Virus record (IMG/VR): IMGVR_UViG_3300043961_000090
DNA length: 20,000 bases
Reading direction: 5' to 3' (one strand)
From: an uncultured virus (IMG/VR IMGVR_UViG_3300043961_000090)
Lineage: Duplodnaviria > Heunggongvirae > Uroviricota > Caudoviricetes
A program made the position numbers and the translations under genes. Positions 1 to 6,437 of this stretch are shown here, piece after piece (positions within the stretch are counted from its first letter, which is position 1; every line of letters starts with the position of its first letter). The notes beneath the pieces were generated by a model. It was not told the origin of the DNA and searched no databases. It worked only from the letters and a program-made list of their open reading frames with translations.

Positions 1-3000
1 TACCACGATGCTATCTGAAGAGTAAAATGACCATGAGAAAGATCAAAGGACGGCATAGAATTGATTTTCTTCAGTTCAGGAAATTCATTATGACAGAATT
101 TATTACGAATTTCAAACAATAAATCCCAGTCCCCTTGATTAATATATCCCTTTCTTTTCAACCAATTCAAATAGGCTTCATGCTGGACATTAGGACCTTT
201 TACAGTGCCTTCATTAAATAACTTGGTTTTATCTTCTGGGGAGATGACTGACAAAATACTCTTTTCCAATTCAAAAACCTTGCTGAATACTCTTTCCCGG
301 TACTGTTCATAATCCTCCATTTCTGCAACTAATTTATCAAAATCAATTTTCTCTTCTTTAAAATACGGGAGAAGATTTTGCATTCTTTCGTCATGAAGGA
401 ATCGAATAAAGAAGGAATAATCTTTTCTTTTCCTATGTGCCACAATAGTCCGATCATATAGACGTGCTTCCATATCTTCTTCCTCTTTAAGTGGATTTTT
501 TGCAGAATTTGGATCTATATCATTAGGAGAGATTGTAAATGTTGAAATTCCTGAGTCAGAAGTAGATTTATTCTTTTTCGTGTTCATCTCCAAGAATACA
601 TGCCGTATCATCATCAACAAAATCCGGTCTTCCGTACAATAATAGCGGATTTTCTTTTCTTTCTCAGCTACAGCCTTTTTGAAAATTACTTTTAGCTGTT
701 TTTCTGAGATTCTCTCCTTTTCTTTTTTGCATTGCTCAATAACATCATCGAGTATTGATTCATAATAATATTTTATGGGCCTATCTTCTGTTGGATCCAC
801 ATTCACGACACACTCGTAAGGCCTATCCTTGAATATCGTATAATATCGTTTTTTATGATAAAATGGTTGTAGGTCTTTCAGCCACATTCCAAGCAATCGA
901 GAATAGTTATAGGTCTTTTCACCATCAGAAATAGTTACTTTTTCTTTCAATCTAGTGATTAAAGCACTATCAAATAAATTAGTTGGCAGATCCGCAGGTT
1001 TAGGAACTTGTTTTGTAGAAGTAGAATTTTGAGTTTGTACCGATTTCAACCAATTGTCGAAATCATGGACTAATTTCAAATTATTATCTAATTCCGAATT
1101 ATCGTCTGCTTTAATCCATTTTTGATAAGTTAGGGGTACTCCTATTTCAGGCATACGAATCTCCGTTTCATTCTTTTTTTTCTTTTCATCCCATTTTGTG
1201 AAATAGAATGTCTTATGTAGCCAGCCCTTCTTTAATGATAAGTATTCTTTATAAAAATCCAAGGTTGAATTTGTCCTTTGACGATCCAAATCTGCAAGGA
1301 ATGGGTGTCCCTTATCCTTATCCAATAAGTTCAAATCTCGCTTGCATAACTCCCAAAAGAGTTGCTTCTTTTCATTATTTGCATAAAGAGCTAGGCACTC
1401 CTGTAATAGGTCATAATAAAATGAAGTAATTTTAGTCTTTACATCACGATCTATCACTAGTTTGATAATATCACGAGCTAATTCTGACGCCATCTCGCCA
1501 ACCTTTAGTTGTCTTCCCTTTTCTATATCTTTTATCCGCTTCTTACAGTCTGTAGCAGCTTCCTTAATGCGCTCTTTGAAAGAGTAATTATTTCCAGTAT
1601 CCTCAACATTTAGCCAATAGTCAATAATACGACTCGGAATTTGTCGGCAATCCAATCCTTCAGGTTTCAATATAGTATCAAGATGAAGTTTTCTTTGATG
1701 GAATTCTGCCTGATATTCGTCATAGTCTTTTTTAGTTCTGTAATTTAGAGACTTTTTAGAATCAGTTGATATTCTTTTTAATAAACTGTAACAGGGTAAC
1801 TGTTCCTTAATCTTATCTATCCATTTTCTGTTCAGTAAGCAATACTTGTTTTTATTCAAATAATTTTTAATTAGATTATAAGCGGATCCAGGCGAGAGCA
1901 ACTCCAGTAATACAACCTTTGGTAATTCTGATATGCTCAAAAAAGCCTGTGGATTTTCCTTGTTAAAGGATATCTCTTGATTACTAAAAGCTAATGCAAT
2001 TTTATTTTCTACAATATTATAATGAGGAGCATACTGAGTGAATTTTACTTCCGTACCTTTAAATAATTCTATGAAATCCTTTTCTTCAATGATTTTCTTC
2101 TGTACATCATCATTATAAGTTGATAATTTCCCAAAAGTTTTAACATCTTTGACAATGCTTCTATTCTTTTCCTCAGGCATTTGCCCGAGCACACGTTTAG
2201 AATATGACTTTGTTTCAACTTTACCTAAATGAATTTGAAAATCATATTTAAAATTTTCTGAAGCATCAAGGAAGTTCAAAGCAAATTCTGGGAATCTGTC
2301 CCGACTTCGTTTTAATGTTGAAATGTCTTTCAAATAAGATTCATAGTCCTTGTCATCATATTTCGCATTCAAGGTTGGTTTGAATTGCTCCTGGTCATTT
2401 TTACCTAGGGTATTATATAATTCCTTCGGGGCACGTTGCAGATAGTTCAATGCATCCATAAGTACAGCCTGTTGAGGATTTTGGCTGTTCAGTTTATTAT
2501 GAGGAAGTTTTACGCATAACACGGAAAAGGTCTCTCTTGTAGCCTGAAAATCCGGAGTTTCGGAATTTTTGAATCCACTGATCTTATTAAAGAAATGAAA
2601 AGCATTTTCTTTATCCAGAAATAAGCAACAGAAGAATACCAAGCCTATTGTCGTCACTTGGTTCGTCTCGTCTACAAATAATTCCGGCCCGATTTTCTTT
2701 CTTACATTATCGAAACATTTATCTGAAATCACATCTTGAAATCTTTTTTGGGCAAGTTTTACTGCCACTTCAAACAACTCTCTAAGTTGAAGTACTAACT
2801 CATTTTTAATATTTACTTTTCGTTGAGTGCCTGTATCTATGGAAAAATAATGAGTATATTCATTCCTAAAATCACACAGTTCTTTAAAGGCCATTTTTAG
2901 GAAATCAGCCAACTTCCCGATATCCGTACCAGTGGCATCATCATCCATTCCTATATTTCTTCTGAAATCACTGGAAAAAGCATTTGCCAATGGAAGATAA

Positions 3001-3242
3001 CGGCATAGATTCAGGTAGATTATTCCACCAGGATCAGTAAAAGAAAAAGATTCCGTTAAGAAGGTATTACCTATATTACTATCATCACCCAATTTTGGTT
3101 TATTAAATTTTCTGGACATCTCTTGAGAAATCATAAAGACATTATGTCTCGCAATGTTCAGATATGCTCCAAAATATTCCGGAGTAGTTTTGATTGTATA
3201 GGTTTTTGATATCCTATGAAGTGTGTTTTTGTTTTTTATCAT
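1..3242 (-). CDS. cas13b: Type VI-B CRISPR effector Cas13b (RNA-guided RNase), >1080 aa, 3' end beyond the left window edge
   Basis: Hand translation from ATG at 3242 (MIKNKNTLHRISKTYTIKTTPEYFGAYLNIARHNVF...) stays open to position 3. N-terminal HEPN motif RNEYTH is at 2850-2867 (R126) and C-terminal HEPN motif RNKFCHNEFP at 90-107 (R1046). Cas13b-type motifs include YFGAYLNIARHN, GLVFFCCLFLDK, RSRDRFPEFALNFLD, FQIHLGK, QYAPHYNIVENKIAL, AFLSISELP, KVGEMASELARDII, HPFL, LPTNLFD, QPFY and EKKIRYY..EDRILLMM. It lies next to a VI-B-type array. Confidence 0.96.
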   Translation of the reverse strand, partial: MIKNKNTLHRISKTYTIKTTPEYFGAYLNIARHNVFMISQEMSRKFNKPKLGDDSNIGNTFLTESFSFTDPGGIIYLNLCRYLPLANAFSSDFRRNIGMDDDATGTDIGKLADFLKMAFKELCDFRNEYTHYFSIDTGTQRKVNIKNELVLQLRELFEVAVKLAQKRFQDVISDKCFDNVRKKIGPELFVDETNQVTTIGLVFFCCLFLDKENAFHFFNKISGFKNSETPDFQATRETFSVLCVKLPHNKLNSQNPQQAVLMDALNYLQRAPKELYNTLGKNDQEQFKPTLNAKYDDKDYESYLKDISTLKRSRDRFPEFALNFLDASENFKYDFQIHLGKVETKSYSKRVLGQMPEEKNRSIVKDVKTFGKLSTYNDDVQKKIIEEKDFIELFKGTEVKFTQYAPHYNIVENKIALAFSNQEISFNKENPQAFLSISELPKVVLLELLSPGSAYNLIKNYLNKNKYCLLNRKWIDKIKEQLPCYSLLKRISTDSKKSLNYRTKKDYDEYQAEFHQRKLHLDTILKPEGLDCRQIPSRIIDYWLNVEDTGNNYSFKERIKEAATDCKKRIKDIEKGRQLKVGEMASELARDIIKLVIDRDVKTKITSFYYDLLQECLALYANNEKKQLFWELCKRDLNLLDKDKGHPFLADLDRQRTNSTLDFYKEYLSLKKGWLHKTFYFTKWDEKKKKNETEIRMPEIGVPLTYQKWIKADDNSELDNNLKLVHDFDNWLKSVQTQNSTSTKQVPKPADLPTNLFDSALITRLKEKVTISDGEKTYNYSRLLGMWLKDLQPFYHKKRYYTIFKDRPYECVVNVDPTEDRPIKYYYESILDDVIEQCKKEKERISEKQLKVIFKKAVAEKEKKIRYYCTEDRILLMMIRHVFLEMNTKKNKSTSDSGISTFTISPNDIDPNSAKNPLKEEEDMEARLYDRTIVAHRKRKDYSFFIRFLHDERMQNLLPYFKEEKIDFDKLVAEMEDYEQYRERVFSKVFELEKSILSVISPEDKTKLFNEGTVKGPNVQHEAYLNWLKRKGYINQGDWDLLFEIRNKFCHNEFPELKKINSMPSFDLSHGHFTLQIASW

Positions 3243-3277
3243 TTTGTATTGCTTTTTTAGATCAACTAAGTTATCAC

Positions 3278-3285
3278 CAAAGATA
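3278..3285 (-). promoter_or_regulatory. Putative Bacteroidetes sigma-A -7 element (TATCTTTG) for cas13b
   Basis: The minus strand reads TATCTTTG, matching TAnnTTTG, 35 nt upstream of the cas13b ATG. No well-spaced -33 TTTG was found. Confidence 0.55.
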
Positions 3286-3427
3286 CAAAAATCAAAACAA
3301 ATTACATTATGAATTTTAGATTTTCTGATTAGTTCCTAATAAAATATATTGCTCGGTTTTGGAGTAGACATATTGTCTTCTGAAAAACTGGCAATATATG
3401 TTTTAAGCTTCTGCAGATCATTGAACA

Positions 3428-4123
3428 GTTGTTTATACCCTACAAAATTAAGGCAGCTACAACTTCAGTACGTGTATGATTCATATAAAAGCGGTTGTTT
3501 ATACCCTACAAAATTAAGGCAGCTACAACAATGACAACACTTTTTCTCATAGTTCCACCGTTGTTTATACCCTACAAAATTAAGGCAGCTACAACGGAAT
3601 GACGACATAATCAATATGCCTTTCGGTTGTTTATACCCTACAAAATTAAGGCAGCTACAACACTTTAATTCTCAGGATTCCACGACACCATGTTGTTTAT
3701 ACCCTACAAAATTAAGGCAGCTACAACGATGGAACATACAACATCATCGTAGACAACGTTGTTTATACCCTACAAAATTAAGGCAGCTACAACTGATCTG
3801 CATGAGGAGAAACGAACTCCGGAGTTGTTTATACCCTACAAAATTAAGGCAGCTACAACACTCTCGTAACCATTATACTGGATCTACAGGTTGTTTATAC
3901 CCTACAAAATTAAGGCAGCTACAACAAATTCGTATCTGACCAGATGATTCATTTCGTTGTTTATACCCTACAAAATTAAGGCAGCTACAACAAAGAATAT
4001 TGCAACAATGCAAGTAATCATGTTGTTTATACCCTACAAAATTAAGGCAGCTACAACGCAATCAAAAGAATTGCAAGAGTTAGGGGTGTTGTTTATACCC
4101 TACAAAATTAAGGCAGCTACAAC
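3428..4123 (-). CRISPR. Type VI-B CRISPR array: 11 identical 36-nt repeats and 10 spacers of 30 nt
   Basis: The plus-strand repeat GTTGTTTATACCCTACAAAATTAAGGCAGCTACAAC starts at 3428, 3494, 3560, 3626, 3692, 3758, 3824, 3890, 3956, 4022 and 4088 (66-nt period). The minus-strand form GTTGTAGCTGCCTTAATTTTGTAGGGTATAAACAAC folds like a Cas13b direct repeat: terminal GTTGT/ACAAC stem, inner TGCCTTA/TAGGGTA stem and a U-rich loop. Orientation is inferred from similarity to known VI-B repeats and from the promoter at 4333-4364. Confidence 0.98.
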
Positions 4124-4364
4124 TTACATGTCGTATCTTCCACATTATAAGGGTATTATCTTCTATTTTAGCATGATAAAATGCTATTAAATTATTTTTC
4201 TGGCACTGCTCAACTCGATAATTTCTTTTCTAATCCTGATATTACGTCCTCAATATTTTTCTACTTTTACAGTACTCTGTCGGTTTAATTCTTAAATCTT
4301 TGCCCATCCGTCTCATTGATAAGAATTACCTGCAAATATAAGATAAACTAAGCTGATATCCAAA
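4124..4364 (-). promoter_or_regulatory. CRISPR leader with consensus Bacteroidetes promoter (-33 TTTG at 4361-4364, -7 TATATTTG at 4333-4340)
   Basis: AT-rich non-coding stretch. The minus strand has TTTG-N20-TATATTTG, a full match to the Bacteroidetes TTTG/TAnnTTTG consensus, pointing into the array. Confidence 0.75.
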
Positions 4365-4376
4365 TATTTAAAAGCT

Positions 4377-4733
4377 TTATTTAGTCAGTTGACCATTTCT
4401 TGTGTCAAACTCACTGTCATCTGGTAGTTCAAAGTATTCCTTATTTGTGGTATTGACAAAGCTGACACTCCTCTTGTCGCCATTCGAAAGAATATAGAAA
4501 TCAGAAATATTAAAATCAGCCTTCTTTAACATCTGTATATAAAATTTCCTGCGGCGTGGATCCTTGTCAACGGATTGCAGTTGTGCCACAACACTATTGT
4601 CATCCGTGTGCATCACCCCGTGGACGTGATTTTTTATCCAATGACAGAGTGTTACTATCGGTTTGGCATCGTCCGAAAGTGATACCCTTTCTACAGTCTT
4701 TTCCCTATAGATTATAATATATAGTCTTATCAA
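4377..4733 (-). CDS. Hypothetical protein, 118 aa (TTG start, uncertain)
   Basis: From the ORF track. It has protein-like composition, is co-directional with the array and cas13b, and stops just before the leader promoter. No family recognised and no transmembrane segment. Confidence 0.45.
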   Translation of the reverse strand: MIRLYIIIYREKTVERVSLSDDAKPIVTLCHWIKNHVHGVMHTDDNSVVAQLQSVDKDPRRRKFYIQMLKKADFNISDFYILSNGDKRSVSFVNTTNKEYFELPDDSEFDTRNGQLTK

Positions 4734-4832
4734 TTATCAACTGATAGATTCCACAATTATACTATCTTTTGTCCATAAATCCGAATTTATCCTAAATATA
4801 GGATACGAATGCACGGATAAATAGATTTTTAC

Positions 4833-4840
4833 TATCTTTG
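4833..4840 (+). promoter_or_regulatory. Putative -7 promoter element (TATCTTTG) for the transfer region
   Basis: TAnnTTTG match about 175 nt upstream of the first plus-strand gene (ATG 5015). No clear -33 box. Confidence 0.45.
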
Positions 4841-5014
4841 CATGAGTTTTTCTACCCGAAAAACGCCAGAATGAAAAATACCTCATAAGCAGGAAATGAA
4901 GTGGCCGAGCACTCCGTCTATAGAAACAACTCATCATTCTTAAAATGGAAACTCCACGGTGCTGGCCTTCGGGTACAGACCGTGGGCTTTAATAAGAAAA
5001 AAGAACAGACAACT

Positions 5015-5515
5015 ATGGTTTACTATTTGATAATCGGCTTTTACCTTCTATTATATGCCTGGATGATTTTTCACGACCTTTTCCACAAGGAGCCGGTGGA
5101 AATTGCCTCCAGGACAGAAGAGGAAGAAATAGATATTTCTGAGGAAGCCAAGGCTTTTAAGCCCATAGAGGTCTCTAAGGAGATGTCAGCAGCTCAGCCT
5201 TTAAAAGGAGAAAATTCTGTGACTATGGAAAGAAAGGAGAAAGAGGAAGCAATGAAAGAAACTCCCTCTTTCGAATCTCAACCAATGGAGCAGGAAATCT
5301 CGGAGCAGGAATACCTTTCATCTGACGGTGAGGTTCCGGAGCAAACGACATCTCCTGAAGAAGGGCCTGTCCCGGAGATCCTCCCCTTCCAGAGCACTGA
5401 ATATTCCGGAGGTATCCTCATGAGCATCCTTCATAAACAGATTGAAGACCTTTCGCAAAAGGATCCGGAGATGGACGATGTGACTATCCATCTGATGAAA
5501 ATTGATCAGAAATAG
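5015..5515 (+). CDS. Membrane-anchored acidic hypothetical protein at the head of the tra region (166 aa)
   Basis: Likely start is ATG 5015 (MVYYLIIGFYLLLYAWMIFHDLF), not the GTG at 4901. It has an N-terminal TM helix followed by a Glu-rich low-complexity tail, a layout often seen upstream of Bacteroidales tra genes. Confidence 0.8.
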   Translation: MVYYLIIGFYLLLYAWMIFHDLFHKEPVEIASRTEEEEIDISEEAKAFKPIEVSKEMSAAQPLKGENSVTMERKEKEEAMKETPSFESQPMEQEISEQEYLSSDGEVPEQTTSPEEGPVPEILPFQSTEYSGGILMSILHKQIEDLSQKDPEMDDVTIHLMKIDQK

Positions 5516-5708
5516 CAGAATCAGTATCCGAGAATTTGGACTTATTTTTAATTTGGTGGAGCATTCGGTATGCTTCCATAAAAAACAGAGGTGACAGCCT
5601 GTTTCTTGGTTTGTAAGTACCAAGTTTATTTTCTTCCACTTATGGATGAAGATGTCCGCATTTGCGATTTAATTTGAAACGTAAAGTTTTACTCCATGAG
5701 AAAAATTT

Positions 5709-6068
5709 ATGCTTCGAGTAAACTTCAAAGTATTTCTTTGCAAAGTAAAGAACTCTTGCAAGAAAATTTCAGTAAAGCGTGTCGCCACAGTGGCTTGTAT
5801 GGTACTCTTCTGTACCCTTGATATTTGTGCCCAAAGTCATGGAGCGGGAGGCTTCACAAAGGCCACTTCAGAGATTTCTTCGTATCAGACTCCTGTCAGT
5901 AATCTGATGAAGGCTATTGCCGCCGTCATCGTACTTGTCGGAGCGTTCAATGTCTATTTTAAAATGCAAAACGGAGACCAGGATGTCAAGAAGACCATCA
6001 TGCTGACCATCGGCGGTTGCGTAGCATTCATCGCCATGTCAGAAGCCCTTCCATTGTTCTTTAAATAA
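5709..6068 (+). CDS. traE: TraE-like pilin (DUF4134 family, VirB2-like)
   Basis: Long signal/leader followed by two hydrophobic helices (AIAAVIVLVGAFNVYFKMQNGDQDVKK..IGGCVAFIAMSEALPLFF). Positioned before traF/traG. Confidence 0.85.
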   Translation: MLRVNFKVFLCKVKNSCKKISVKRVATVACMVLFCTLDICAQSHGAGGFTKATSEISSYQTPVSNLMKAIAAVIVLVGAFNVYFKMQNGDQDVKKTIMLTIGGCVAFIAMSEALPLFFK

Positions 6069-6145
6069 GGACATGGGAATCATACATTCAGGAGGGGGAC
6101 TCTTACAAAGTATGTGTCCTTTCCTGTCTTTTGAAATCACGATCA

Positions 6146-6433
6146 ATGGAGATGAATTTTAATGGTTATCCTGTTTTCAAGGGACTTCAGAAGCCTTTGG
6201 AGTTCATGGGTATCCGCGGACGTTTTCTGACTTATGCCGCCATGGTCATCGGTATCTCTTTTATCGGCTATATCCTCTTTTCTATCCTCGTTGGAAAACT
6301 TGCTGGATTCCTTGCCATGACAGGCATTACTGCCATGGGCATCCTCGGTATTTTCATCAGACAGAAGAGCGGACTGCACAATAGAAAACGGAGCCGGGGC
6401 ATCTTCGTCTACCATCACCTTTTCTCACGATAG
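6146..6433 (+). CDS. traF: TraF-like protein (DUF4133 family, VirB3-like)
   Basis: YPVFKGLQKPLEFMGIRGRF motif, two TM helices and a basic tail, directly upstream of traG. Start uncertain (6131 TTG, 6146 or 6152 ATG). Confidence 0.85.
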   Translation: MEMNFNGYPVFKGLQKPLEFMGIRGRFLTYAAMVIGISFIGYILFSILVGKLAGFLAMTGITAMGILGIFIRQKSGLHNRKRSRGIFVYHHLFSR

Positions 6434-6437
6434 AACA

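Noticed and set aside
1208..1429. 73-aa plus-strand ORF
   Set aside because: Antisense shadow inside cas13b.
3728..3757. Possible self-targeting of tra genes by spacer 5 (CAACATCATC shared with the T4CP gene near 17900)
   Set aside because: Only about 10 nt match, far too short and expected by chance.
1..4123. Type II-C (Cas9) interpretation of the 36-nt GTTG...CAAC array
   Set aside because: The adjacent protein has two terminal HEPN motifs and Cas13b signatures, with no RuvC/HNH motifs, and no tracrRNA-length anti-repeat was seen.
3349..4190. ORFs 3349-3534, 3616-3939, 3873-4061 and 3957-4190 with repeated peptides (CLYPTKLRQLQ, LFIPYKIKAAT)
   Set aside because: Artefacts of translating the CRISPR array; the 66-nt period is a multiple of 3.
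4737..4937. 66-aa minus-strand ORF
   Set aside because: It overlaps the putative divergent promoter/leader region, has atypical composition and has no recognisable motif.
4377..5515. Calling 4377-4733 or 5015-5515 Csx27/Csx28
   Set aside because: The first has no TM helix. The second is on the opposite strand, is acidic and low-complexity, and belongs with the tra operon.
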